DNA of 63,763 nt, filler included, from Octopus bimaculoides (lineage: Eukaryota): assembly GCF_001194135.2 (NCBI RefSeq). It is 7 parts of 5 records of this genome, joined end to end, with 100 filler letters (N's around TTAATTAATTAA, not from the genome) between each part and the next. Parts side by side here need not be neighbours in the genome. Positions count along the whole stretch, not along the records: positions 1 to 20,656 come from NC_068982.1; 6 more parts are not named here. One strand, 5' to 3'. Made by a program: the position numbers and the translations under genes. The notes under the pieces are model-generated. The model was not told the DNA's origin. It did not search any database and saw only the letters and a program-made list of their open reading frames with translations. Of the stretch, positions 1-11,841 are shown piece after piece. The stretch's first letter is position 1, and each line of letters begins with the position of its first letter.

Positions 1-72
1 TATATATATAAATATATGACTGCATTAAAGTATATACTTGTATTTATTGTAAATTAATAATTTTCTTTCCAG

Positions 73-325
73 GTACTGGTATTTCAACCAATTCAAACAA
101 ACCTACCCCCGTATAAAGTCATTTTTATCTGTGGGCGGTTGGAATTTCGGTTCCGTAAAATTTAGTCAAATGGCAAACAGCCCTGCAACAAGAGCAACTT
201 TTGTCAACTCTGCTGTAGATTTCTTAAAGAAATGGAAATTTGATGGCTTAGATCTTGATTGGGAATATCCTGCTTTAAGAAATGGCTTGAAAAAGGATAA
301 AGAACATTATACTCTTTTGATAAAA
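73..325 (+). CDS. GH18 chitinase, internal exon A (catalytic motif); upstream exons lie outside the window
   Basis: Acceptor ttttctttccAG|g at 71-72 and donor aaa|GTAAGT at 326. Translates YWYFNQFKQTYPRIKSFLSVGGWNFGS...FDGLDLDWEYP...HYTLLIK, with the GH18 SxGGW and intact DxDxE motifs. Confidence 0.96.
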
Positions 326-428
326 GTAAGTTATGAAAATCATTTTAAAGATATTTACTCTTTTTTGCCTTTGTTTTACAGATAAACATGTAATGGTTGT
401 TTGTTTTTTTTTATTTGTTTTTTCCTAT

Positions 429-702
429 TGTGGTAATTGGGGTGGGAGCGTAAGTCCTCTCGCAAGTCCTCGCGTAACGTCTATCCTTTCCAGCCAGGAT
501 ATATCCGTAGGAGTCCTACCCATTTCACCTCAACCCACGTTGCCACCGCATCCGTCCTACCCACCAACCCCAAAGCAAAAAAGGCCCATGGTAGTCATCC
601 TTCTGCTCACATCACTTCCTTCGCTCCTTTCCTTCAGAAAGGCCCCTCGGCTGTTTCCGTGACGTCACTGACCCTATACTCCCAGTCCATTTCAACCCCA
701 CA
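429..702. mobile_element. Solo-LTR-like element 1
   Basis: GC-richer island bounded by TGTGG...CCACA; contains the CRE-type palindrome TGACGTCA at 660-667. No TSD found. Confidence 0.45.
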
Positions 703-1099
703 GTGAAAATTGCTTTAATCTCATTGTCAGCGTATGGTACCTATTTCTCCATCTTGTAACAACAGCTGCTGTGTACCACCCGGAGAAAAGAGGTAAACTC
801 CACGAGGATGAGTTGGTAAATCTGTTTTCATATCACTTCTATCATTAATGATCTTAAAAAGGCACGACAGCCTTAAATTTCAACAATATAGTTGACGGAA
901 GGACACCTATGGAACGTTCTGTACACCAAATAGAAATATTGTTGATGAAAAACTAAGATTAACAGCGATTGTTCATGCAATCAGCAGGCAAACGCTCCCT
1001 CCTAGAGTACTTATATACTAAAAAGCAACAAGCTTTCTTCCCTCGGTCATATTGTTGATAAAAATCCTCTCTCTCTATTGATTACTGATTTCAAGGCAA

Positions 1100-1434
1100 T
1101 GTAGGGATGTCATTTTGAGAGTCATCAGCACGCATGCGCAGGGTTGGAATCTTCTGGAAGGCCTGCCGGAAGTTCCCTCATGCGCATGCGCAGAAAACTA
1201 GCAGCCTCAGAGTTCTCTTGTATCTCAGACTTGAGACGCAGCCCATGAACTAGGCGGACGTGTTCTCAGCAGCTCTCTGTTCGCCTCTGCTGCTGACCGT
1301 TATTTGACCAGCTCGGTATTTGACCAGCTCCGTTGTAGCTGGACTAGTGTGAAGAATGCCTTCGCAAAGTATGATCGACTCCGACTTTGCTGCTTCCACA
1401 TCAGACCTGGCTACTGATTGTCCTGGGGTATACA
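1100..1434. mobile_element. Solo-LTR-like element 2 (related to 7544-7935 in inverted orientation)
   Basis: TGTA...TACA ends (the right end may instead be 1448). The internal gatgtcatttt..cacgcatgcgcaggg..ggaag..ctcatgcgcatgcgcag aligns with the reverse complement of 7544-7935. Confidence 0.6.
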
Positions 1435-1640
1435 TTTTTGTACTTACAAAATAAAAGGATTGTTTTTATGTTTGGATGTTTACTTGTTCTGCTCATTTTC
1501 CTCAAACATTGATGTAAGGAATTGTGTGGCACCCTTCCAGTGCCAACCAATATTTATCATCTTCGCAGCAATCAAGTGTTTTGCAAGGATTCGGAGTACG
1601 GCTCGTACCCATCACTTACAATATTCTTTTCTACTCTAGG

Positions 1641-1838
1641 CACAAGGCCCGAAATTTTGGGGAAGGGATTAAGTCGATTAGATCGACCCCAGTACGCAAC
1701 TAGTACTTAATTTATCGACCCCGAAAGGATGAAAGGCAAAGTGGATCTCGGCGGAGCTTGAACTCAGAACATAAAGACAGACGAAATACCGCTAAGCACT
1801 TCGCCCGACGTGGCTAACGTTTCTGCCGGATCGCTGCC
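1641..1838 (-). mobile_element. tRNA-derived SINE family A. Other copies: 6688-6882(-), 8327-8520(+), 8536-8730(+), 27930-28100(-), 29390-29620(-), 30905-31090(+), 33560-33770(+), 41205-41420(-), 44430-44615(-)
   Basis: Recurrent consensus ggcgagctggcagaa.cgttagcacgccgg..aaatgcttagcggtatt..ttctgagttcaaattccgccgaggtcgactttgcctttcatcc with a Pol III B-box-like GAGTTCAAATTCC. Confidence 0.85.
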
Positions 1839-2119
1839 GTCCTCCATCAGTTACAATATTGAACGAGTCATGAGTGATATCCTGTCGCATGAAATCTCTT
1901 TAGAGTTTCGGTTACATCCAACTGAGGTTTTTTTTTGTTTGTTTTTGTTCTGCTCGGATTTACTTTAATGTTGACATACTCGAAAAATATGTCTTTAAAT
2001 ATCATCTTTCCTATGGTATGAAAATGGGACTTTGAGAAATGATGTCAGAAAATGATTAGTACTCCGTTTGTTACCGTCCTAAAGATATCAACCTGGCACA
2101 TTTGGTATCATACAATACT

Positions 2120-4542
2120 TGTAGCGTGTCCACTCCCATGTGATGCATGGTATGCAGTCTCCTCAACTCCGAGTCACTCAGACAGCATACTGCAGCCACA
2201 GCCTGCTCCGCACCCTCTGGCACCTGCAACCAGGCTCGCTTTACCCTGGTTAGGACGTCTGCCCGTTCTTCTCGGAAGGCACAAAAATCATGCTCAGCTT
2301 CAGATCGGATTCAGCGGTTAGTTCACGCAGTATCCCCAATCGACGCTTTACCAACATCTCCGCAGCCCCTTTGGTTCGCACCCTCCGCTCATTGGTGATG
2401 ACTGCCATCACCCAACCAAGCACAGTGGCCGAATCGGTCCTAATTTCTATGGTGCGCAGCCCCCACTTCAAGGCCAGGTTCACCCCCTTCAACACGGCAT
2501 CCAACTCCGCCACATTAATATGGTTGCAGTCATCCATCTTCCTGAGCCAGGCTGCATCTTCCACCACGACGCCTCCCATTTCCAAGACAGCCCCTCTTGC
2601 GATGCTACTGGCGTCACACCATACGATCCCACTCTTTGATTTGGGAACATACCAACTGCCCCTTACTGGATCCTCTACTCTCACTCTGACCAAGACTTCC
2701 TGCATCATGTCGGTCGTCTTCTCCCCCACTCTATCGTTCCACTTCACTCCTTCGGCTCGTCTCTTGATGAAGCTACATGCTGTCCGGAGCCATCCTGCAA
2801 TCGGGTAGTGTCCCACCAGCTTCCCACACACCAATAACAGTTCCCGTCTACTCATGCTGGTGCCCAGTTCGGGGACCTCATTCCCTCACCGAAACACCAA
2901 CGCGCCGGCCTTGTCTCTCCATAGCTTGAGGCCCAGTGCAGCGCCTCCCTCCATCGCTACTGGTGGCTTGGCGATCAGTCCAAAACTCTTCATGTAGCCT
3001 ATGACCTCCGTTACTGGCATTATGGTTTCATCCACAAGGATGTCATGGATGTACTAATTGGTGGTCCTTTTTACTCTGTCCACCTTTCTCTGGATGGCCT
3101 TGAGAATTGTTGCCATAATCTTTGGCGCTGAATTTAGCCCAAACCCCAGCCTGGTCAAACAGTATGTCCGGCCCTTATACCTGACAAGCTGATGCTTCCA
3201 CAGTCTNNNNNNNNNNATGTCCGGCCCTTATACCTGACAAGCTGATGCTTCCACAGTCTCTCAGCCACATGCACCTGCAGGTATGCCGACTTCAAATCGA
3301 CGATCGTGGAGGCCCCTGTCATCTGCCTCCAGTCTTACAAGGTGTCCCTGCAGACATCTGTGGCCTCGCCGCCCGTATGACATGATATGTGGTCATTCAG
3401 CTCTCGGAAGTCAAGCACTGGTCTGACCTTATGCTTCGTGGGCTGTACCACCGCCNNNNNNNNNNNNNNNNNNNNNNNNNNNNNNNNNNNNNNNNNNNNN
3501 NNNNNNNNNNNNNNNNNNNNNNNNNNNNNNNNNNNNNNNNNNNNNNNNNNNNNNNNNNNNNNNNNNNNNNNNNNNNNNNNNNNNNNNNNNNNNNNNNNNN
3601 NNNNNNNNNNNNNNNNNNNNNNNNNNNNNNNNNNNNNNNNNNNNNNNNNNNNNNNNNNNNNNNNNNNNNNNNNNNNNNNNNNNNNNNNNNNNNNNNNNNN
3701 NNNNNNNNNNNNNNNNNNNNNNNNNNNNNNNNNNNNNNNNNNNNNNNNNNNNNNNNNNNNNNAACAAACGCGCCTCTATTGATCTAAAGGGATAACTACC
3801 GGCGCAGTAGTATCCCTTAGACCGTTTCCCCGCAGACATTCGCAGGCTATATGTCCTGTTTCTCGACACCGGTAGCAAATGACCTCAGGCTTGGGTGACT
3901 TGCAGTCTCGCACCATGTGCGGGCCCCGACACCGGAAACACTGTCAATTGAATGGTCGCACACATTCCTTGTTTGACCCCTCTCCGCTACTCCTTGCTCG
4001 GCCACTTTTCGTTGTTGCAGTCGCTGCTACCGGCGTCGTCCTGCAACACGAAACTAGCACGCGAGCTCGAGTTATAATATCTGCCATCGCCATAGAGTTG
4101 ACGTTCGGCAGCTTTTGCAACTCGACCGACATGTGGTCAGGAAAACCAGTTACAAACGCTAACTTAACCGTTCGGTCCAGCGATTCTCCTTCATATCCCG
4201 CCAGTTTAGCCAATCTCCTGAGTTCGTTGGCAAATACGTCGACCTGTTGACCAGTCCACTTTGCTTTCCCCAGGCGAGCGTACGCTTCGACCATTCCTTC
4301 TGCAAAGGCCTCCATCAAGCGGATTTCTATTTTTTCCGTGCTAAGTTGGTTCCTTTCTTCCATTTCTAAGCATAGCGCCACCGCCGAACCATCTAGGTAC
4401 AGCGGTAGAAAACTCACTAAGTCGTCTATCCCGTGTAACTTCGCAACCAGCTTCATCTTCTTTAACCAAGCGATTACATCCGTGTCACCGCAAAACCGTT
4501 TGACCATATCGTTCGAAATACGGACTACACTCATCATTCGTC
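2120..4542 (-). mobile_element. Decayed LTR retrotransposon (Gypsy-like) internal region: gag with 2 CCHC knuckles, RT, RNase H, start of integrase
   Basis: Gag ORF 4537-3944, then CFRCRGPHMVRDC and CYRCRETGHIACEC knuckles. RT motifs DLKSAYLQ, LGFGLNSAPKIM and a mutated YIHD at ~2860-3450. RNase H CDAS..HINVAELDAV..TDSATV in ORF 2855-2250. Integrase zinc finger LHTMHHMGVD truncated at 2120. Stops and frameshifts are present, and the gap 3455-3762 probably hides the protease. Confidence 0.88.
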
Positions 4543-4575
4543 TTTTTTTTTTTTTTGATATGGGCCAACATAGCT

Positions 4576-4828
4576 TGTAGCGTGATGGAGGAAAAAGACA
4601 ACAGGAAAAGAAGCAAAAGGGAGAAAGAAATACAGAGATCTTACCTGTTGACCGTGGCGGGATCAGTGATCACTGACCAGATAAAAACACGACCTTTCAC
4701 ATGCGCCGTCTCTCATCGAACTGCACGCACGTGCTCTGTGTCCACGCATGGCCCCGTAGCTTTTCCGCCGGCCCTTGCAGTCTTCACATCCGTTTGCCCC
4801 ATCTGCAATCTTCTCCACCAACACCACA
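4576..4828. mobile_element. LTR (solo, or the 5' LTR of the adjacent element)
   Basis: TGTAG...CCACA ends flanked by an identical 5-bp TAGCT (4571-4575 and 4829-4833). Confidence 0.75.
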
Positions 4829-5044
4829 TAGCTCATCACAGCCCATAACACCAAAATACTATTAGCATCGGAAAGACATCCAACATAAGAGCAAATGCTA
4901 AATGTACCCAGCACTGATGTAGACTTCTTTTGTCGTATATAAATCACAACCAACAAATGCTGAAAATCGTTTTAGCAAACTTTAAGCAGGTAGAAGGTTG
5001 CAGATACCTGTGGAGTATCTCCTTCTCCCATTACAATTATTTTT

Positions 5045-5288
5045 TGTAGTCTTAGGATTCTGGAACTCGAAGAAGAAGAGGCTTACAAGCGGATGCAATT
5101 CAATGGTTGTTTATTTGGTTCTCGTTTCATGGGGTTTGCTCCCGGCAACCACCTGTATGTCAGCGCGTAGTTCGTTAGCTCCGTTCGCAAGAGGTACATT
5201 ACCTCTGGAGATAACGGGTAAAGTTAGAGCGGGTTAAGAATCTGCTGTGAGCAGCTAGGTTGCAGTGTTGTTCAACGTGAGCGCCACA
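5045..5288. mobile_element. Solo-LTR-like element
   Basis: TGTAG...CCACA ends, GC-richer, AATAAA on the minus strand near 5112. No clean TSD. Confidence 0.5.
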
Positions 5289-5309
5289 GGTATTGCCTAA
5301 TTTATGGTT

Positions 5310-6555
5310 TAACAATTTTTTTTTTCAAACACAGAAACCTTTGTATTAACAATAAGTACTTCAACAAATAACTACAATCTATATTTATCTTGCACTTTCT
5401 GTTTAATATCTGCTAACATGTCTGAAGTGGTTTCTCGTTCTTGATACTCAGAGAGTTGTTCAATTGCAATTTCTAGATCCTTTTGATTTTCTTCAAATAT
5501 AATGGACTGCGTATTCTTCTTTAAATAGAATGCAGAAACATAAGTGTACATAAGTGTCGAGCGACATTGACAAAGTACATCTACGGCCTTTCTAAGGAAC
5601 TGAACTTCAATTCAAGACATGTGCTATTGCATCTCTTCCATTTTACCTTCACCAATGCATACAACTTGAGTTCAAACTTTAAACATATGATTCATATATC
5701 GATTGCAGTAAAATAGATAACGCTATAACGCCGCCCAGGACTCCTGAGCCTCTCTTGCGTTATTTTTTTAATTTTTTTATTTTTTTGCTTCTTCTTCTTC
5801 TTCATCAAATCAGTTGCAGTTGTACCAGGAAGGGCCATGAGGTTATCAGGACCCTAAACAGACCCAGCAAAAATTTGCTTTACAATTCTGGTTTTTGTAT
5901 ACCATGTGATTACAGCCTCCAAAATTCTCTATAGTGACATGGCACTTGGGACATTCCTTCGTATTAGCAGTAATCCAATTTGAAGTTTCGCTATCGTCAT
6001 CACATTTTTTAAACCCCTTCCTTAACCATTTGCACCTGACAGGATCATACCAATTCTCTCCACAATTAATGCAGAATGTATGTCCACAAAGACACGGTTT
6101 AGTACCATAATGTGCTGCCTTTACTGCATAACCACAATCTGGGGCTGGACACCATCGCAATAACCGACTGCATTCAACGAAACTATTTGTTATAATTTGT
6201 TGATATTTTCATTTCACTTTAGTGTCAGTCACAAGTGACATCACAGTTGAATAGTCCACGAAAATATGACAACCATGAGATAGCCGTACAAGAGATAAGT
6301 CTGTGCCATACCTTCGTCCACCACTTTTGTTGTTAGAAATTCCATCCAACATTGATTACAAAAACGATGACCACACTCAAGAACCAGTCATATCAGGAGT
6401 AGGTTTGGATATCAAACAAATTTCACATAATGTTTCACCTGACGGTGGTTGAGATGAAGTCGATCTGGGGATTTTCCTAGGCCCCCACCTCCCTTCTGTG
6501 AAGATTGATAACATGATCTTTGGAGAAGAGGCTGTTCTGATCCTCATTGTAACAC
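5310..6555 (-). pseudogene. ARIH1: Processed (intronless) pseudogene of the ariadne-1 RBR E3 ubiquitin ligase
   Basis: RING1 (CEIC..ECGHRFC..CW), IBR ([21 protein letters not shown]), RING2 ([31 protein letters not shown]) and the Ariadne domain ([46 protein letters not shown]) are contiguous with no introns. Several stops and frameshifts. Confidence 0.93.
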
Positions 6556-7188
6556 CGTTGATTATTGTGACCGTCCAAACACATCTGAGAAGTTCAGTGT
6601 CATGTGTCAATTAGTCAAGACAAATATAGAAAAAATAATAGCTGCTTTTGCTGTCTACATCTCTTAATATTTGTTTCAAATTTTGGCACAAGGCCAGCAA
6701 TTTCAGGGCACGGGCTGAGTCGATTAAACTAAACCCAGTGCTCAATTGGTACTTATTTTATCGATTCCAAAAGGATGAAAGGCAAAGTCGACACAGGCGG
6801 CATTTGAACCCAGAGTGTAAAGAAGGATAAAATGCTTCTAAGCATTTTGTCTGGTGTACTAACGATTCCGCCAGCTTCCCACCTGCAATTTTAATATTGC
6901 CAGCAGTTCACTTGGAAGGGGGCAGTTAAATTCGGTTCAATGTGAGATACTATAAATGAGAAGAATGGATTGAACCAGAATCGGTGATAACCATATAAGC
7001 TATTTAATAGCAAACAGTACCCGTTAGTTTTACTAAAACGATTGAATTATTATTATACTGATAAGGAAGTAACGATTTGAACACAGTATAGCCATGAAAC
7101 GTTACCTTCTTGTTCGAAAATTACCTGCTTGTCTATATAATGCCATAGAAAAAGCAAAAGATTACATAAATTAAATTATTATTATTTG

Positions 7189-7524
7189 CAAAGGTGGGCA
7201 CCGTTAACCAAAAAGTTTACTTCGATAACTGTTAATCAGTTAATTCTTTCAAAATGTAATGGAAGTTGACGATAAACCATTAACATTAATTTTTATCATA
7301 GAAAAAAAAAAACAGCATGAGATCAGTTTTTGCTCTAAAAACACATTTAAAAAGTGCCAAAACTATAAAATACGTAAACTTCAATTGAATCGAAGTTAAA
7401 TGTAACAGAAGGTAATTAGTCCAATGATGGTTTCCAAAGTTAATTTAAAAAGTTAAATTGCTAACGAAAATATTAATTTTGTTAATTGACAATTAATGGA
7501 TTAACGGTTTGGTGCCCATCTGTG
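7189..7524. mobile_element. hAT-type MITE
   Basis: TIRs caaaggtgggcacc..gttaa / ttaac..ggtgcccatctgtg with a perfect 8-bp TSD ATTATTTG (7181-7188, 7525-7532). Confidence 0.8.
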
Positions 7525-7543
7525 ATTATTTGATGGAAAAGGT

Positions 7544-7935
7544 TGTAGGGATGTGGTTATACACCATTAGGTGTACTCCGCTTCCGTACATTAAATTTCT
7601 TGAAGAAACAACGGAACGCAGATTCTGAACTATCAACACAACAGTATTTATTACAATAGAATTCGGCAGCACTTCGCCCTTTGGTTACTGAGACGCCGTC
7701 AATGATGTTGAGTGGTTATTTGTCTAGCTCCAGAGTTGGAATGTTGGAGAGAGCTGCGACGACGTCTAAGCCCTTCATCGGCCAGCGAGAAAGAGGATGA
7801 AAATCCGCGCGAAGCTTGGATGTCGATGACTACGCATGCGCATGAGACACTTCCTGTATTCCTACCGGAACTAGTCCCTGCGCACGCGTGGTTAGAAACT
7901 CCGAAAATGTCATCTGCTATTCAGGCGTCACTACA
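7544..7935. mobile_element. Solo LTR (Gypsy-type 4-bp TSD)
   Basis: TGTAG...CTACA ends with a 4-bp AGGT TSD (7540-7543, 7936-7939). Homologous to 1100-1434 in inverted orientation. Confidence 0.85.
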
Positions 7936-9100
7936 AGGTTAACAGCTTTTATTTGTAGTGTTTATTCCATATTCCTGTGAAAAAAAAAAACTGTTTTAGA
8001 AAGCCTCTCTCTACATTAATTAAACCGAAGAATGTTTGGGTGGAATCAGCTAATATTTTCAATGTTGACCAAGGGAATTTAGAAGGCAAAACACGAAGCA
8101 TATTAAATGATAATAAACGATTCTTTAAACATTCAAAACATGGAAAATGTTATGACTAAATAGAGAGACTACCTGGGGTACATTGGGGTTTGGCTCCACA
8201 GAATTAAAAAGTTCAAAAGTGAAAATAACAGAAAATAACGCATTAAAATAAGAGAATGCAATGAAAAGAGATTGATCGGTTTGTTAACCTTGAACACGTT
8301 CTACTTTCATTATTGAATTTCTCTCTGGTGGCAAACTGGCAGAATCATTAGCACGCTGGATGAAACGCTTAGCGGTCGCTACATTCTGAGTTCAAATTCT
8401 GCCGATGTCGACTTTGCTTTTTATCCTTTGAGGGTCGACAATATAATTACCAGTGAAACACTGGGGTCGATGTGATCGACTATACCGCTCCCCACAAAAA
8501 TCCAGGCATTTAGTAGAAATAATTAATTCTTCTAAGATGGCAAGCTGGTAGAATCATTAGCACGCCAGGCAGCATTTTGTCTATCTTTACATTCTGAGTT
8601 CAAATTCCGCCTAGGTCGACTTTGCCTTTTATCTTTTGGGGTCGGTAAAATAAGTACCAGATCAACACTGGTATCAATCTAATCGACCCCTCCCGCGAAA
8701 TTGCTGGCCTTATGGCAAAATTTGAAGCCGTTATTTAACTCCTCTGCGTTTGGATACTTATTCTACCCTCGTATTCCTTTATTATTCTTATGATTATTAC
8801 GCAGTCGTGATATTTCTTTCTTACAGATCCATTTGGGTCATTTTTTGAGGTAGAAATAAGTTCTTTTTAATAAAGAATTACAACTCGCATTTAAATGAAG
8901 GGAAAACTTGATTCCAGCTTCGGGATGATCTATGTTGGCTAAATGAAAAATTAAAATAAGGCACACGATTAGGTTTGTTATTGTTCTGAAATACTGAAAT
9001 ACCATTGTTAGGGAAATTATTGATGTGTAGAGCCGAAGACATTTCGTTTTCTTTTTAACACCATCATAGAATATATAATATAAACATTGTTTTCATAAAG

Positions 9101-9210
9101 GAGCTCCATAAGAAATTCAGTCTACAGACGCCAAGATTGCTGTTGAGTTTTGCTGGACCGGCACCAATTGAGAAAATCGAAGTTGGATTTGAAGTAGCAA
9201 AGATTAGTCC
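9101..9210 (+). CDS. GH18 chitinase exon B (110 nt)
   Basis: ttttcataAAG|gag acceptor, cc|GTAAGT donor. Reads ELHKKFSLQTPRLLLSFAGPAPIEKIEVGFEVAKIS(P), matching the GH18 EL..F...RLLL segment. Phase 0 in and phase 2 out fit the neighbouring exons. Not in the ORF track (too short). Confidence 0.9.
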
Positions 9211-9346
9211 GTAAGTATTTGCGGTTGCTGTTTTAGTTACTCTTCCAGTCTCTGCTGCTGTTGTTGTTGTTGTTGCTTCTGCTGCTGCTGATAATGAATG
9301 AATGTTATTTTGTATTAATTGATATTTTCCTTGGATTGATTGTAAT

Positions 9347-9634
9347 CAGTGGTTCCCAAACTTTGTGAGGTTGCTGCCCCCTTGACATCCAGACCACATT
9401 CCTAGCGCCCCCACCCTAACTAACCATCACAAACATAAACCTCTCTCTGAAGCAAATTCAAAGCAATTGCATTTCACAAATAAAACTTAACCTAATGAAC
9501 CCATTATTTTGTTGTTTTACATGACTCGCCCCTTTTGGCTACTCCGTTAACGCCCCACTTTTCTTCAACGCCCCCTTGGAACTTTCCACCACTCCCAAGG
9601 GGCGGGGTAATACCGCTCACTTTGAGAACCACTG
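9347..9634. mobile_element. hAT (Charlie-like) MITE
   Basis: TIR CAGTGGTTC(C/T)CAAA with a near-perfect 8-bp TSD attgtaat/atcgtaat. Confidence 0.85.
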
Positions 9635-9949
9635 ATCGTAATGATTCTACTCCTTTCGGAATCTCTTGTATTCTCCAAACGATGAAGAGGATACAACATT
9701 GTTAACCGAAACGGTACTCTTCCTGTTTGGAAATATACATTATTCTGATGAAGACTAGAGTTGAAGATTACGGACCTATCACAGTTTATTATTAACTCTT
9801 TTACAAATAGTTTGAAAATCTACGAATTTTGAATACCATAAACTTTAACGATTGCCTATTCTTGCTTCATTTAGGATGCGCTCAGTTACACAAAACTTGT
9901 CAGGAATGACTTTTACTAATATATATGTGTGTGTGAAAAAGAGTGTATA

Positions 9950-10025
<76 letters not shown>

Positions 10026-10379
10026 CGTGTGATCAAGACATCATAATGAAGAATGGAGATATTATACAGTTTCAAAATTTATTTATCATAGTATTTTCTT
10101 TATATTCCTTTCCGACATGTATTTCTGCTGGATAAGCATTTTAGTACCATTCAATACAATAGTTTTGTGCATTTAGCTGATTTATATTAAATCAATTGCA
10201 GAACACATTCGAATCTAAAGGGAAACAATCCTATACAGCTTTATTTCAGGTGTTTCCCATACAGGTGGATGAAGCGAATTGAAAATTAACACATTAAATA
10301 TACGTTCTTTAAGTATATCCTCAGTGAGAGAAGACTATGGCCAAAGATAGCAGAAATAGTAGTGAAATATGATATGTTT

Positions 10380-11500
10380 ACAGTTCTGGTTTCATTTAGA
10401 CATAGAATGACCTTTTTAGGTATTAAAGAAACATTACTTCATTACACTTGTTATAGAAGGCTCCTTAAATCGGTTAAGATGTATTCACACAACTGACCGC
10501 TCATATTAAAGGTAACAGAAGTAAATGGACAGATTTAAAAGATCGAAATAAAGAAAACTTTATGAACGTCTGTATCTGTATACTAAGACTCTGCTAACGA
10601 AGAAATATTCAGAAATTGTGAAAAATACCATAATAGTCTTAATTATAATGTCTTGATAATATACTCTGTATAAATGAGGCAATCAGTTTCCAATTTTTCA
10701 TCGGATAATTTTAAAAGTTAAAACCGTACTTTGTTTTGACTTGTTCATACACCTGGACTTCTAGATATACCATGATTAAGTTTGTGTATGTTGGGGTAAC
10801 TTTTGTTCCAATCACAGTTCCAAATATTTGTTTGTAAGTGTTTTCTTGAAACTGAAGTTGTTTTTGAAGGATGAATTTTGATCTCTCTATGATGAATTGA
10901 CCAATTTGGTCTGGAATTTCATCAAGGTATTTTCTTAGCCAAAATGCTATTGCCTTTAGTCTGTACTCCTGTAGGATTGTAGCATACAGATTTACTACAT
11001 CAAATGAAATGATTTTTTTTCAGGAGATGGTTTAATAGATTGAGGTCATCCTTTATGAAACTTGGTACAAATTTTAAGAAAAGCTTTAACTGTATGTCAA
11101 GTTAGTTCCCAAGCCACAGGCTGAGTCTATCGCAATCAGTCTTCCTTTGAGATCCTTCAAAAAGGATACGTTTGTGCAGAATGAGTGATATTCTTTGCAG
11201 GCATCATTAATTGTTTTATTTTTGAGTATTTTGGGAAGTCCGTAGAAGAAACTCACTTGGCCTATAAAATATTGTTAGATAATCAATTTCGTTATTAGTT
11301 AAGCCTTTTTCCTTGTTGGTTTATGAGGTTGCTTTTATTTGCTGGTAGTTGCTTACTATTCTGTCATGGTATCTTGAAGAAGCAGAATCAATGCAACATT
11401 TTTGTATTGTTCTCTATTCATAATAACTACAGCACTTTCCTCACCAGCTTCTTTTATAATTAAGCTATTATTGCTTTTTAGGTTATGTATAGTTTTCCAT
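10380..11500 (-). mobile_element. Degenerate Penelope-like element RT fragment
   Basis: Minus-strand remnants IIKEAGEESAVVIMNREQY (IIK.ADKG..VVIM type), SFDVVNLY, FGTVIGTKVTPTYTNLIM and F.SCH-like, with many stops. Confidence 0.6.
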
Positions 11501-11523
11501 TCTGTTTGACCACACACACACAC

Positions 11524-11616
<93 letters not shown>

Positions 11617-11717
11617 ATGATAAATAAATAGATCGATAGACAGACAACTATAGATATAAATATATTACGTGTGTATTTTGAACCACAGTGATAAGAGTTG
11701 TTTTATTTTATTGTCAG

Positions 11718-11841
11718 TTATGTGGATTTCATCAACATCATGACCTATGACTTCCATGGCTCCTGGGAAAAAAACACTGGTCACTCAAGTCCTCTTTTCC
11801 CTCATTCAACTGACAAAGGAGATCTTATAAATTGGAATGTG
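11718..11841 (+). CDS. GH18 chitinase exon C
   Basis: ttttattgtcAG|t acceptor (phase 2). Reads [41 protein letters not shown] with the conserved MTYDFHG motif. Donor gtg|GTTGGT; the alternative GTATTC donor at 11846 cannot be excluded. Confidence 0.93.

Noticed and set aside
3166-3260. Direct duplications flanking 10-N gaps (here and at 35385-35472)
   Set aside because: Overlapping contig ends left unmerged. Collapsing them restores the reading frame.
4829-4956. Minus-strand SYVGCLSDANSILVLWAVMSYVGP resembling a reticulon segment
   Set aside because: Short, stop-bounded similarity by eye only. The region is better explained as retrocopy 3' UTR or element leader.
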